The position numbers and the translations under genes were made by a program. Shown piece after piece: positions 43,357-61,176 of a DNA stretch of 64,000 nucleotides. Each line of letters begins with the position of its first letter. Positions within the stretch are counted from its first letter, which is position 1. Location of the stretch: assembly GCF_009914755.1 (NCBI RefSeq), contig NC_060932.1. One strand, written 5' to 3'. The stretch is from the human T2T-CHM13v2.0 reference genome, Homo sapiens. Below the pieces are notes generated by a model. It saw only the letters and a program-made list of their open reading frames with translations, ran no database searches and was not told the origin of the DNA.

Positions 43357-44679
43357 AATTAATTATACAAGTGATGAAAGATGCTGAGAAACCAAACAGA
43401 GGACAGTGAGGCAACCAAGAGATTAGCAAGAGCAGGAGGCTCCCGCCTCAATTTATTGATTCACACAATTGAAAAGCCCAAAGGTAAAGCTGGCATTCAT
43501 CATGGCAAAGCCAGGGCCTACAATCAGGCCTCAGTCTCTCTACTTCTTGGCTGCCCCCCAACTTCTGTGGGCTCCATTAACAGTGAGACTTTCCCCTCAT
43601 GTTGTCAGATGGTTGCCAGCACCTCTGTACCTATACCACCTTCTATAAGACACCTTATAGAAGGTAAAGGAGGTCTTTTATGTCTGAAGACTTCAAAAAA
43701 TGTCTGGCTTGAATTCTCACTGGCCTGGATGGAGTCACATGTCCATCCTTCATCAAGTCCTCATGGCCAATGGAGAGAACATTGGCTCAGGGCAGCAGGG
43801 GGAGTCAGCTTCTTTCATAACTGAGCTGACTAAGAGTGGTGGGGTTGAGAGGGACACTGCAGTGAAAGAAAATGGGGGCTAGGACCCAAAGACTGGGAAA
43901 ATATTCTGCACAGCAAAAGCAACAAATATCTATTTAGGCCTGAAAAAGTGGCTCGAAATAGGCCAGAAAAGAATGAAATTCATAAGATAATTCAGAGTTT
44001 CCAGGAAATAACTGTCATTCAATTAAGGGATGTTTCTCAAGCCAAAAGTAGAGTCAGCATTTCAATAAGGCACAAGATTTAATGTTTTTTTCCTGCTAAT
44101 GCTTTGATAAAGTGATTAACTGGCATGAGGAAGAATAGGGATTGTCAGACCTAGGAGCTAAACTTGGAATTGCACACTTGGCATTTCAGCAGGACAGAGC
44201 TACTGGATGACCCAATCCTGTTGGTGTCCCATGTGGGACTCACATGTGGACACTGGGTTCTGAGCATTGTGGCCTGTCTGTTGCTGGCCTCTCTCAAGTT
44301 CCAAGATGGCAGAGACATGTCTGTTAGATTTCATCCTCATCTGTCTTAGCCTTCTTTGAACTTGTCTAGCAACCAGCACGGAATGATCATGCCTGCTATT
44401 CACAGTACCTTGTCCTTGCAGGTGGTTCAAGAAGTATTTGTTGAAAACCCTGAGGAATGAACACATGGATAAGCACTCTGATCACGAGTAAAATGAGCAT
44501 ATCCTGCAACCTATCTGCCTCAATAAATAGCAAGTGTCCATAGATTATTCATCTAAAAACTCAAGCAATTCATTCCCTCAGGACATGCCAGTTTATCAAT
44601 TGTGAAATTACTCCAAGATGTGGCAGGGTAGATTGCATTGTGACTAAAAAGGTAACCTTTCTCCCCAGGATGATTTCGG

Positions 44680-44945
44680 GTTTTTTTGTTTGTTTGTTTT
44701 GAGAAGGGGTCTCACTCTGTCACCCAGCTGGAGTGCAATGCCACAATTCAGCTCACAGCAACCTCTGCACCCCAGGTTCAATTAACTGGGACTACAGGCA
44801 CACATCACCACATCCGGCTAATTTTTGTACTTTCAGTAGAGATGGGGTTTCACCATGTTGGCAAGGCTGGTCTTGAATCCTGACCTCAGGTGATCCACCT
44901 GCCTCAGCCTCCTGTTGGGATTACAGAAGTGAGGCACAGCGCCCA
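44680..44945 (-). mobile_element. Alu, internally deleted
   Basis: Reverse Alu consensus with gaps. Confidence 0.82.
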
Positions 44946-45082
44946 TCCTCCCCAGGATTTCTAACCAAGTGTTGCCCTTTTTTGTTCTGGCTAAGGTTCG
45001 CGCATCTCTCCTCTGAGTAAAATCTTCTGCTGCCATCATCTGGACAACTAGGACAATTTCTTTCACAGCCAGTGCAGTAGAC

Positions 45083-47176
<2,094 letters not shown>

Positions 47177-48752
47177 TCAGTGTCCTACCACTTGTTCGTC
47201 CCAGCACTCCTTTCTTCTAAAGTAGTGATCAATTCTACTGAGCAAAGTGGCATATGCTGTAATAAAACCATATACACCTACACAAATATATTACCTAGAT
47301 ACCAAAAGGTAATAGTATTCACACTGTCTCACACTATTAGACACAGCACTCGTCACTCTATTCCAGGCACTCTAGGTTCCCTCTTCCTTTATGGCCTTTC
47401 CTCACTTTTACTGTTATCTCTTCCTTGCCACTTTACTTCCTCCCATCAAGTCCAAGGCCAAGGGATCTGTGTTAATTCCTGTTTAGATGCTAAAGGGACA
47501 ATATAATTTTCATTGTGTTTGAGTTAATTCCTTGAATTCAAGTCTCAACAATTTACTGTATAGTCTCTTAAGGCCCTGGCCAAGCAGTTCCCTGGGTTCT
47601 ATCCACAAAAATTCCCTATCTAGTTTTGTTCCTAGCAAACTGCCACCCCTCCTGTTCTAAGCATTCGGTTTTGAAAACCTGTCCCTAGTGCCTTCTATTT
47701 TCTTGTGTATTTCTGAATGATTCTGACCATGAACTTCAAGTTTCTTTGCCACGCTCTTTCCCAGTCTCAACTTTTACACGTATTGGCCTCCCACTTCTTC
47801 TCATGCCTTCTCTTCTACCTGTAGGCATTTACATTTCCAAGGCCCTACCTTGCAGTTCTTCCCTCTTCTCTTGGAAAAGAGCAGTAATCTATCTTGACAG
47901 ATTTGTTACACTTTAGGTTGTTTTTGTTTGTTTGTTTGTTTTTGCTGGATTATAGCACTGCAATAGGCATATGTGGCCAGGAGTAGACCAGATGGCTATT
48001 TCCCTAGGGAGTCTCAGGAGTTTGATGAAGTCCTCTAGGTATAGAGTCAAACTCTCAGCTCTGCAAAATCAGAAACATAATTTGTCAGCACGATGTCCCT
48101 TTCTCATGGGCAGACTTACCATAAGTGAGTTCACAAGTCTGAAATATAAGTTAAAAAGTCAAGTTATTAATTTATAATGAGTGATATGAGTCTTACATTA
48201 GCTGGAACACTAATCAAACATGAACGTTCATTCAAAGAATATTTCTTGAGCACCACTAGGAAGTCCACTCTATACAGGAAACCAAATTATATAAGATGTT
48301 TACTTGGTGAGTATGGATCTCAGAAAAATACGACAAATAGGAGAAAGAAATTGTCTGAAACATCCGACTCGTCTAAAGAATCATTTTCAAAGTGGGACAT
48401 AATAATAGAATTTTGTTGGCTGTACTTCCCAGCATTTTCTTCAAAATATGTATAGTTTTGCCAAAAGGACTAAAATACTTGGCCTGTTGACTAATGTTTT
48501 CTTAAACACTGGAATATATTTGGATAAACTAGCAATATGTGCTTCTGTGGTTTTCAGTTTTCTATTCTGTGATAAATCCACCATTTCCCTAGTTGGCACT
48601 TCCTTATATTGGACATGTTAACACATGCACTCAAGTAAGATTTTCAAATCTGAAGCCACTCTGCCCTTTAAGGAGTGTGTTTATATTTTGGTTCTTATTC
48701 ATAAGGTATATATTGCAAAGTCCAACTCTGAGAGAGCAAACATGTAATATAA

Positions 48753-49133
<381 letters not shown>

Positions 49134-50439
49134 ACAATGATATTGTTTAAAACTACTTATTGAATATATAAAAAGAAAACAAAGTGTTGTAATTAAAGAT
49201 GATGAGACAGCATAGCCCCCAAAACTCAATATAATCTGTTTATTTCATCTGGTTTTATTTTCATAGGAATTTTCTTCTAGGAAACCTGTGTTAGCATTTG
49301 ATACAGGTAGATGCAGTGTTTTCTCAACCAGCTAGGATGAAAAGCAAGAAGAGAAATACAGGGATGCAGACAGAAGGCACTGACTGAGATAAATATAAGT
49401 AAGACTAATCATAGTTTTGTGACTAAGTAGAGGTTTTACAGGTATAATGACTTTTAAAGACAATTTTCAGGGTTATTGTATAATAAAAATCTTTGGGATC
49501 CATGAAACTCCGGCAGCCCTGGTCCCAAGGGGCCACCCAAATGTTGTGTATCTAGCAGTGCCTCTTTCTCTTGGCATAAAGACTATGCTGTGCTGGGTTA
49601 TTCCATCTGTCACTCAGACATCCTGAGATCAAATAAAACAACAATTCCTACACCCTCATCTATTTCCTTCTCTTATTTCCTGTATAGTGGATATACTTTC
49701 TGTGTTTTTCCTCTTAGAAATTGGAGCCTGGATAAATACAAGCTTGAAATCCTCCTTCCCCAAATAATGAAAGGTTCTGTTGTGCTTTGCAGCCATCCAG
49801 AAGCATGCTTTCAGCTGAGCTTGCTCACTCATCACAAGAATTTGAAATTTCAGCTCCAAATATTCTTTTATGTAAATGACTTTATTAAGAAAAAGCAAAT
49901 CCAAATCTGGCTTCTCAACCAAGAAGAATAAGAGAGCTCTGTTTGTTTTATTTGTTATGAGAACACACTTCATTTGTATTCAAGCAAAGACTTTTTGTCA
50001 TATATAATGAAAGTGTATGCTTGTTAAAAATCAGTAAGATTGAAAAGGCTAGGAGGACATATTCCATTTTAACCTTTTTTTAAGATAAAGATCTCAGCTA
50101 TATCTATTTCAGTATGCTTGAATGAGTCTCTGTAGACAGTTCATATTTCTTGTGAATGTGTCAGCTTATCATTAGGTCAGGTAGCATCTTTCAAATGACT
50201 TGGTGAAACTTAATTACATACTCTTGTTCTGTAATAATTTCATGTAGGTAAGCTTACATATGAAACACTTTGTAACTAAGTTGTAAATCAAAACCAAAAT
50301 TTATCTATGCTTTTTCACCCTTGCCCACTTCCATTCCTCTTCAGTGCTTGACAGGGAATCAGAGAAATAGTGAATGCCTAATCCTGAATTTAATTATTTA
50401 CCAGACATGGGTATATGTCGTGTTTCTGTCTCTTCACTT

Positions 50440-51660
50440 GCCTTCTGAGGTGAATGTCCTGGTTTCCTCCCTCCTCACCAGCTGTCCCTTTCTGGTCTGT
50501 TCTCTCTCTGCTTCACTTACTTCCTGGGTAATTTTTTTTTCTAGCCCCATGACTTTAAATGACATTTAAAAACATGGTTGATGTATACATATATATATAC
50601 ACGTGTGTGTGTGTGTATATATATATCATATATATGTGTATATATATATTCAGATGTATATACTATATATCATATATATGTATATATATTCAAATATATA
50701 TACTATATATATGTGTGTGTGTATATCAGCATATATCAGATATATATATCCATTCCCAATCTTTCCCCTGAACTTGGAACTCATATACCCAACTGCCTAT
50801 AAGACTGCTCCATGGAATGTCTGACAGACATGTCAACATTAGCATGTCCAGATCCCTCAATTCTGCTTCCCATCCCCTTGTTGTGCCTGCAACCTTCCCT
50901 TCCCAAGGATGCTCCATCTCAGTAAATGGCACCACTAGCTACACAAAACTCACAGTCATCTCTGTACTCTCTTTCGCTCACACCCAGATTGAATCTGCTA
51001 GCAAGTCCTGTGGATGCTAGTCTTAAAATATGGCTCTCAGCTGGTCTCTCTGCTCCACTCTTTACCCCCTACATTGTTCACACAGCGGCCAGGGTGATTC
51101 TTTGAAAAAGCAGGTCAGAGTGCTTCACTCCATTTGAGCTCCACACTGCAGTGACTTCCTATGACTCAGAACAAAATCTGCTGTGCCTATGATGGCATAT
51201 AGAGTACTCTGTGATCTGTGCTCTTGTGGCTCCTGCCCCCCTTCTCTCCTGCTGTCCCATCCACCACTCTTCAGTCTTGACACCCTCGTTTTTCCTCTGC
51301 CAGGCCTTTTCAAGTCTTTACAGTGGATATTCTCTTTGCCTGCAATGCTCTTCCTCAGATACTCATATGAATCACTTCCTCATTCATTCAAATGTCACCT
51401 CTTCAAAGAGGCCTTCCCTGACCACACTTTCTAAGTAGCAGCCCTGTTACTTTCTTTCCCCTTACTCTGATTTATTATTTTTCATGTCATTTACAACATC
51501 ATTAACATAATATTATTTATTTTTAAACATCAGTCTGTCTTACAAGAATGTAACCTCCTTAAGGAAGTGTTTTTCATTTTGTTAATCAAGAGTTTTTAGC
51601 ACCTAAACCATGTTTGACTCATGATAGACATCAATAGGTGTTTATTTAATTAACCAATGC
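50440..51660 (+). mobile_element. L2 LINE remnant
   Basis: caaatgtcacctcttcaaagaggccttccctgaccac, ccatctcagtaaatggcacc and other L2 motifs. Confidence 0.75.
50583..50748. repeat. (TA)n/(TG)n compound microsatellite
   Basis: Directly visible. Confidence 0.95.
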
Positions 51661-53619
51661 ATATTTTTTCATGCACATTTGAACTAACGTATACATTGAC
51701 AATATAATCCTTAATTTTCTGGATAAGTTGTGTGCATCTATAGAAGACTGGGTGTAAATCTACAATTATATGTCAGCTTTTATGTTATATTGAGTTCATG
51801 GGTGTTCCTTAAAAAATGCTTAAAAGATATTGCAGTTTTTAAGACGTTAATGCACCTATGCACATGCATATATTCACAAACTGTTTTCAGTAGTACTTTG
51901 AAATCCTCCTAAAAGTTTTCATGCAATGTTCAACAATATAAATCTTACTTTCAAGTAGCTGATTCATAGTGAAGATCGTTACTCACAATATGATAGATGC
52001 CATATTTCCCAGTACTCAGGTAGTCTCTTCATTACGGGCACCTTGTCTTCCAGAACAACATGCTAGGGTGAGAAACAGAGAAAGGGAGTGAGGGAGAGGA
52101 TGGAGAGAATAAAATAAAATGTTCTTGCAGTAACTGGTCAGTACTTGAAAGGGAGAATATGCAGTAAAGGAGAAGGAGTATTTAACAGGAATTAAAGAAG
52201 CCTTAAGAGAAAACAATTATGTGAGCATTCATCTCCCTAAAAAAGGAAAAAGGAAGGTGCAGAGACAGCAGTGACTTGTTCCTCATCTTAACCACCAGGT
52301 GGTGGTGTCGCATCAGAAAGGCTGATTTGCACTACCTGGTAGCGGATGAGGCAATGAGGCACCATGACCATTACTTTACTCCCACCTGCTAGTGCAAGAT
52401 TTCAGCCTCTTCCGAAGTCTCCCTCTCCTAACTATTTCTAAATATTCCCAAAGAGTGTCTCATTTGTGGTAATGAGTGAGTCAAGTCAGTTTGCACTTGG
52501 TGTCTCATAATTTCTTCTCTTTTGTCCTCACCTCCCTCTCTCCTCCTCCTACCTTCCAGGTGCATCACTTGGCCACCATTCCCTGTGGGAGCAGCTCTGC
52601 CACCTGCTCTGGGCATTGTTAATCCTCTGGGTCCCAAACTGAATCCACTGGGCCTTGCTTTTGCTGCTGCTAGGGAAGAGAAGGCAGAGAAGTATTCATT
52701 AACAGTAAACATTAGTTGTGCTCAGCCCTCTGCAGTCTACCTCTGCTAGGCATAAAATAAGGAGAAGTGGCCGCGGGTGAAAGCAGGTTTGGATTAAAAT
52801 TTCCTAATGCCAAGGCTGCTTGAACGTTGGATTACTCTTCACCTATACTTCTATAAATGTGTAATCTTGTTATAAGTTTTCCACAAGTGGCATAGAGTCT
52901 CTTCTGTGAACACTGTTCTTCTGTGCAGGTGGGATGGACTAGATCAAGGGTCTTCAGCAGTTTTGATCAGCCAGTGGATTTCAAAGACCCATTAATTAAA
53001 AGCTTTTTAATCAAAAGCTTTCTTACAAAGGGCCCCTGTGTTAATCTTACCTCCCTGACCTTCTCTTTGGCACGCTCCATTCTTGTCGAGATTCCCAGTG
53101 AGGTTGGGATTCTTTGAAGGTTAGCTGGTGTTCTTTCTTCATTCCTTATTCAACTCCAGGTTTTCTGCTGGGTCAAGACCACATCCCTGCCTTCAGGCCT
53201 CAAAGATTTCATTAAAAGCAATCTACAACCTTGCCCAGTCTAGCTTTTTCCCCTGTGGTACCTTATCTACCCAGTCATCCATACACAAGACTCCATTCTT
53301 CAGAGGATATTCCTAGCGTTAGAGAAAGTAAAACACTTATTTTGTTCATGAAAAGTTATGGGAATGTGATTAGAATTTTCTAGACTTGAGTTTCTAGAGA
53401 ACTCAGATTATTGCTTTTTCATATAAGAAAACATTTGGATACACCTTTGGGATTGCTGGCCCTACCCACCCACAACTGAATCACCTATGGCCCAATATGA
53501 GCATGACTTTCCGCATATTTTTAGATTTAGATTAGGGGCAGTGGCCATGAGAGAAGTACTAATTCTCACCTGAAGGACAGAGGATAAAGTGCGATGGCTT
53601 GTTAAAATGGAAAAGTTTC

Positions 53620-53830
53620 TTCTTTTCCTTTCCTTTTTTTTGTAAGATCTTGCTCTGTCACCCAGGCTGGAGTGCAGTGGCACAATCTTGGCTCATTGCA
53701 GCCTTGACCTGCTGGGCTCAAGTGATCCTCCCACATCAGTCTCCTGAGCAGCTGGGACCACAGGTGCCCACCACTACACTAGACTAATAGTTTTTTGAAG
53801 TGACAGGGTTTTGCCATGTTGCCCAGGCTG
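53620..53830 (-). mobile_element. Truncated AluJ next to a MIR fragment (about 53835-53995)
   Basis: Reverse Alu, then gtttcttaac...gtgcctggcacactcaataaatgttagc. Confidence 0.75.
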
Positions 53831-54134
53831 GAGGGCAAGTTTCTTAACATCTCCAGGTCTTGCTTATCTAATTCATAAAAATGAGAATAATAATAGTATC
53901 CATATAATAAATTTGTTGTGCATCTTATACAGGATGAGGCACCTAAAGGAATTATCGCAGTGCCTGGCACACTCAATAAATGTTAGCTGCTATTGTTTGA
54001 ATGTGCACAATCTATCAACAGGGGAGATATAAGTAAGAACAATCTAGTAGTTCCAGATTCCTTTTTTCGGTCCAGACACTAGGTGTCACTGCTGATGTTT
54101 AGTACTTTTCAAACAGAGGATAAAAAAAGTTCTA

Positions 54135-55180
54135 GCAGTTGCAACAAAAGCAAAAATTGACAAATGGGATCTAACTGAACTAAAGCGCTTCTGCACAGCA
54201 AAAGAAACTATCATTAGAGTGAACAGACAACCTACAGAATGGGAGAAAATTTTTGCAATCTATCCGTCTTACAAAGGTCGAATATCCAGAATCTACAAGG
54301 AACTTAAACAAATTTACAAGGAAAAAACAACCCCATTAAAAAGTGGACAAAGGACATGAACAGATACTTCTCAAAAGAAGACATTTATGCAGCCAGCACA
54401 TATATGAGGAAAAGCTCAACATCATTGATCATTAGATAAATGCAAATCAAAACTACAATGAGATACCATCTCACGCCAGTCAGAATGGCGATTATTAAAA
54501 AGCCAAGAAACAACAGATGCTGGTGAGGTTGCAGAGAAACAAGAAAGCTTTTACACTGTTGGTGGGAATGTAAATTAGTTCAACCATTGCGGAAGACGGT
54601 ATGGTAATTCCTCAAAGACCTAGAACCAGAAATACCATTTGGCCCAGCAATCCCATTACTAGGTATATAGCCAAAGGAATATAAATCATTCTGTTACAAA
54701 GATACATGCACACGTATGTTCATTGCAGCACTATTCACAATAGCAAAAACATGGAATCACCCAAATTCCCATCAGTGATAGACTGAATAAAGAAAATATA
54801 TGGTACATATACATTATGGAATACTATGCAGCCATAAAAAGGAATGAGATCCTGTCCTTTGGAGGGACATGGATGGAGCTGGAAGCCATCATCCTCAGCA
54901 AACTAATACAGGAACAGAAAACCAAACACTGCATGTTCTCACTTATAAGTGGGAGCTGAATGATGAGAACACATGGACACAGGGAAGGGAACAACACACA
55001 CTGGGGCCTGTCAGTGGGGTATGGGGTAGGGGAAGGGAGAGCATTAGGAAAAATAGCTAATGCAAGCTGGGCTTATTACCTAGGTGATGGGTTGACAGGT
55101 GCAGCAAACCACCATGGCACACATTTACCTGTGTAACAAACCTGCACATCCTGCACATCTACCCTGGAACTTAAAATTAA
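54135..55180 (+). mobile_element. 5'-truncated L1PA (older primate subfamily) with 13-bp TSD aaaaaaagttcta
   Basis: ORF2 3' end (aaaattgacaaatgggatcta...) and 3' UTR; TSD at 54122-54134 and 55181-55193. Confidence 0.93.
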
Positions 55181-56054
55181 AAAAAAAGTTCTAATAAAAA
55201 CAAGGTGGTGGGGGTGGGAGAAGAAGGGAAAGTAGAGATTACCTTCTTAAGAACACAAGCCTTGGTGCATTTCTTTAAATGTTATATTAAAAGTGAGTTA
55301 GCCTTAGAGAAATTGTAAGGCTTAAATCAATGTACTTAGACATCAGTTAAGCCAGTATGGTTTGCTGATTTAACCAATTAAAGTTGATACAAAAATAAAT
55401 AGTGATACTATATTTAAAAAGATGCTGCTTCTGCTGTAAGGCTGAAACAATGGAATCAGCCCAGAAATTAGAGGCATGGAGGAGGAGATGGAAAAGGGAT
55501 GTTAACCAACAGCTAAATAACAGGAAGAAGAAAAACAGTAAGAGACAAAACGGCCTACAGATCTTGTGTTTACATGATGGATAACATTAGGTAAATATGG
55601 ATCTTTTTCTTCCCATTAAATATTTAGTCAATTTATTCAAATGTTGAAGCCTTCTTTGAAATATTTCCCCTGGTCTGTATGTGTATAGAACATCAGATTA
55701 ATACAAATTTATAACTAAAAGTCAAAATTCCCATATTCAGCACATATGCAGGAGAAATGGAATTTCAAATTGTACTGATTTTGTTAATTGCATTAGAAGT
55801 TTGAAATGGGAAATACTACTTTTTATCAAGTATTGAAAAGATAGGTGATGGTGAGGATTTAGAAGCACACATACTCGCCGTTCACCGTAGTTGACTGACT
55901 GCTGCAGAGAGTCTTAGACCAGGAGCAGGGCGGGCATTTACCTTGCCTAGCAAAAAGAGTAAAGAGATGGGCAACTAAATAAATCTAAATTTTTCTCATT
56001 TCCCCACTTTACTTCAAACATTTTGCAAGTGAGTGTAAGACAATGATCATGTTA

Positions 56055-56230
56055 CTAATGACAGCTAAAATTTTTGGAGGCACTCTTTTAAGCACTGTTC
56101 ACAAATCAATTCATTTGATGCTCACTATAACCCCATGATACAGGTACTATAATTATTCCCATTTTACAGATGAGAATGCTGAGGAAGGCCAGGTTAATTA
56201 CCTAAAGCATTTGGGCTAGTTAGTAAGTTT
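56055..56230 (-). mobile_element. MIR
   Basis: attattcccattttacagatgagaatgctgagg. Confidence 0.7.
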
Positions 56231-57719
56231 GATAAAACAAGTTTTCATTAAGTAGAGTTATATATTTCTAAAACAACATAGTAAGATAAGGCAAATTATG
56301 TACATCTATCCATTGGTCTTTCTGATCTTCTTAATTATGCATATTTTATATAGTTTTATGTATGTATAGTACACATGCTCCACTCTTCTCATTTAGCATA
56401 ACTTTATAAATGTTGTCTTGTAAATACTTTTTTAATGTGGCTGAACACTTATTTTTAGTGACAACAGGAATTATGTTGTGCTCCACAGTGCCCTCAGAAT
56501 TCTCAGAGTTGGTTTGGAGCCAGGAGGGAGACAGGTCAGGAGCACAAACAGGCCGGTCTTGGTTCTTAACTCTACCCTCTTGCTTTGTCTAGAGCAATTG
56601 CTCTTTAAATAATAAAGTATTTAAAATCAATTTGCATATTTAGTGTATGCATACTATTCATTAAAGAAAGGATCTCATAGTCAAAATAGTTTAAATATCA
56701 CGAGTTAGATTGTAATTTAGACTTCTTCTAATGAACAGTTAGGTTAGTTCCATTTTTTATTGTTATAGAAAATATCGCTATGGGCAGCTTCATACACACA
56801 CTATTTTTGTTTTTCCTCTCAATTGTTTCCTTACTTTAAATTTCCAGGCACTGATTTAGGCCCAGAGGGTATGAACGTTTATAAGCATGTTAAGCAGCAT
56901 TGACAAATTGCCCTGGCTAAGGCAATTTACAATTGCAATGCACGTGTTCTTGCTGTTTATCCGCAACCCAACAGTGATGGCTTTGAAAAAACAAACAAAC
57001 CTTACACAAATAAAAGACAAAAAATAAAACAATATAAAACCTATCAGTGTAAATTAGAGTATTTGGATCATCCTAATTTAAAGGTAGCTTGTCTACTGTG
57101 TTCCAGGTGAGGCCGACTGGCCAAGCCCGATTGGTGGCACCAAATTTTAGCTCACAAAATGTGCTGTAGTAGGTGGCTGGAAAATTAGTGAGAAAAAAAG
57201 TTAGCTGTGAATGAGAAGCCTATCAAGATAAAAACAAACAAACAAACAAAAACAAAAAACTTCAAGAGCCAATTTAAAAAGCTATTCAGGGATCACAGAA
57301 AAGGGAAGAGACGCTGGTCCTCTTGGAATCTTGAGAGCCATCCTTGAGGGGCTGCAATTTGGGGAACTAGACTTTTCCAGAAGATTTCTTCACTCTGAAA
57401 TTTAAATAGGGCAGAATTTAATTAGTGCTGCTTATTCACAAGGCTGTGTTGGAGGAAATGTTAATGTATTTATTTTCTGCAGGTAGTGGTTTTAAAATAT
57501 CATATTACCAAGGACAAAGAAAAAAGGAAAGAGAAGAAAAAAATCACTCATATTTTCACCCCTTACCAGCAATAACTCTTACTATTTTGCCTTTTGGGAA
57601 TTAAAAGAAATGAGTCTCTAAAGTATGTTGCTCTAATACAATTTTGGTAATTAGTATCACTTTTTATAAGCTGGATAATGCATTGGTAAATTGTGCTTGT
57701 AAATCTCAGATTTGTGTAG

Positions 57720-58022
<303 letters not shown>

Positions 58023-61000
58023 AGATTTGAGTAATTTATAGTGTCCTTTATATTATGAAGGCTAAGGCTACTTTCTATCCAAAAGTGCTAGTTTACTTAG
58101 TCGAACATGTAAACCCACCTGCAAGCTCAGCAGAGAAGACAAGGAGCAATTGTACAATTTTCTCACCTCCACATGACATCACCCATGGCAGGGTGGTGGC
58201 AAATGGTTGAAGGATGTCACACACTGCCCTGCTGGTGCTAATCTCTCTTCTCATGAAGCAGAGACATTCAGTCTATGGTGTCACACGGATGCCAACATTA
58301 AGGTTGGAGCAAACAAGGTCAGAATATGTCTGTCTTTATTAAATATGTGTTCAAGAAGACACTAGGATTTTAACTGTTAAAAGTCATATGTTTACCCTTT
58401 AGCACAGAAAAGTTGGCTTTTAGGCCTGGCTCTATATTCAGTAGGGATTGGATTAATGGGGCCATAGGATACCCTGACTTCACACATTCACACTCAGATC
58501 CTATGAAGGAACCTGGAAATTGTGTATGCGATATGAGGGTCTCTTTGGAAGAAGAAACTCTTCTTCACACCCATCACCCTAGTTCAGGCCTTTATTGTTA
58601 TAACCTTCTAACTCTCTTGCTTCATTCAGTCTGACTCCCTCACCACTATACTCATCATTGCTAGAACACAGAGCTGGTGGTATTTTTCCCTGGCCACATG
58701 CCTTTGATGAGGGTTACATTGACAACAGAGCAGAGTCCAAACCCCATACTCTTGCCTTCAAGAGCTTTCTTTCACTCTCTAGCTCCAACCCCCTTTTCCA
58801 CCTCATTTTTTCCCATTCCCTGGCCAGCCCCCTTGTGCTCCGATCTCTCCAGACAACCTTGCCATTCTCTAAGCCAGCTCTGTTTTTCTCTTCTTTTGCT
58901 CTCGTGCGTGCTTTCTTCCCTTCTGTGAAATTCCCTTTCCTGAAAGAAAGCAGACTGCTCTCTCCTTTAAGGACCAGCATAAAGATAGCATCTGAATCTT
59001 TTTTGGCTATCTCTCCATTGAGCAGAACGAAGAGCTTTTTCAACTCTGCTCTGTTGTGTTTTGTTCATAGCACTGCCCACCTTGTTACGCAGTTCTTTGT
59101 ATTTGTGTCCCCCAATGCTGGTAGACTGGGGCTCCTTAGGAGCAAGGGTGTGTCTATTACATGTTTGTATCCCCAGAAATAGCAGTGCCAGACACATAAG
59201 AGATGCTTGTTTAATACTTTGGAATAAACTTGTTCATTTACAAATGGGTATGGTCACTGTTAAATTAATAAAAAAGTAAATAATAGTTGTTTAGCAATAT
59301 TTGTTATTTATTTATTCGACCACCCTTTACTGAGTTCCTGCTACACACAAGACACTGTTATGGGCACTGGTATCCAAGATGAGTAAGACATTGTCCCTGA
59401 CTTGAAGGGGCCCACAATCTTGTGAGGGAGATAGATATATAGTATGGAAATATTCATCAATTTATTTTATAAAATAGAAAAATATGCTTACATTTGGATT
59501 TCTTTCTGCATGAAATTAAGGTGGAGAGTGGTATTTTAAAAGCAAAAGTAGAAAAACATATAAAGTATATCTAATTTCTGGTTTGTACTATTCAGAAAAA
59601 ATAGGTTTAAGAATAAGTCATCTTTCCTCTACTGCAAGGGTATAAATCCTGGGTATTTCTGATAAATGTGTTGGAATTTAGACTTTTTTTTTCTACCAGA
59701 GACAGCCACCCCCACAGTAGACTGCACTGCCAAGGAAAAGAATGGTGGGCTAGGAATACACACAAACGCAGAGAAGCTGCTCCCTTTGCTGCCGGAACCC
59801 AGCTGAGATTCTCTGCTATTCCAGGAATTCATACTACTAGCAGCAAAGCAGTGGTATCTCCATAAACATCCTTGGCCTTCTGATAAAGTGAGAAGATAAA
59901 GAAGAGTTTGACAAGATAACCAGGAGAGAGTTTTGTATCAATCTTTGATTTCAGCATAAACCTCTCTCGTAGGCTTGGAGTGAGTGCTTGCTAGAGTCTT
60001 CCTCTAGTTTGGCCAAGTGAGACAAGGTGTCCCAGTTATTAATGAACCATGACATGTAAAGAGAAAACCTGAGGTAGTCAACTGACATTTTATAAAGGTC
60101 AGAGGTTACTGTAAAAGAATGTGTGCAGAGACAACAATCATTCTTCTATTATACAAGGAGGAAAATCCAGATGCAAAGAATGGTAAGACTAGAGGAGACC
60201 TCAAGAGGTCAGGTAGTTCAGCCCTTGCCTCCAGGCAGGAGAACATTCAATCATCCAAAAAAAAAAAAGAAAAGAAAAAAGCCAAGAGGAAATAAAATGA
60301 ACTCAACTCAAAAAACTGGATCCTATTTTGGAAATCAAATGTTTTTCTAGCAAATGGCATCAGTTAACACCTGCATTCTGTAGAGCTGATGCTCTAAATT
60401 AGCATGGAACCCTGGAGACATTTTAGAATTTTTAAAATCTGTATTATTAGTTTTCTTTACTCATTTCTTGAGAGTGAGTTATTTTAAGATTATGAAAGAT
60501 AATACAGCATTGAATTTAATGAATAATGATGTATCCTGTAAGATGGGTGGCCTTCAAGATGTGATGGAAACAAATGTCAGCCCTACAATAGGAGAAGGTG
60601 TGCTGTTTGTCTCTTTTGGGATATGGGAGTGAGTATTGACTCCAGTTATAGAAATGCAAAACTACTAGATACATGATGTAGTGGAGAATCAGAGGAGTTT
60701 CTTATGAATATTTTTAGCAAAGCAATGATGAGCTATTCAAAGCATAAAAATAGTATTTATCAATTTATCAGTCCTTCTATGATATTAATTTGAACCATTT
60801 AAATTAATGTATTATCTCTCTTCTCTTTCCTCTTGGCTTTCCAGAAGTTCAATACAACTTCTGGAAAAAAATCTGATGCCTTTTGCTATCATTTAGTAGA
60901 GAAGAGTAATAGGCGCATTGAAAAATTAGTCTGTTCATCTATGATGTACAAGTCTATAGAAGTTGACCTGGGTAATGACAGTAAAGATAAGTTTTGGCTT

Positions 61001-61176
61001 GATAATTAAAGACTGTGACTTACACTAAGAGTTATATAAACTAGGTATTATGTCTGAGATGAGAGAGCTTTTTGGAATGGATATAGGACAAAGGCCCCAA
61101 GAAACATGCTCAGAATGGGCATTGCACGAAGGTGGATATCCTCCCTTTTATAAAAGATCTTTGAACTGTTTGAAAT

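Noticed and set aside
58658-59182. 174-aa ORF
   Set aside because: Non-ATG start, pyrimidine-rich L2-like sequence, no protein motif.
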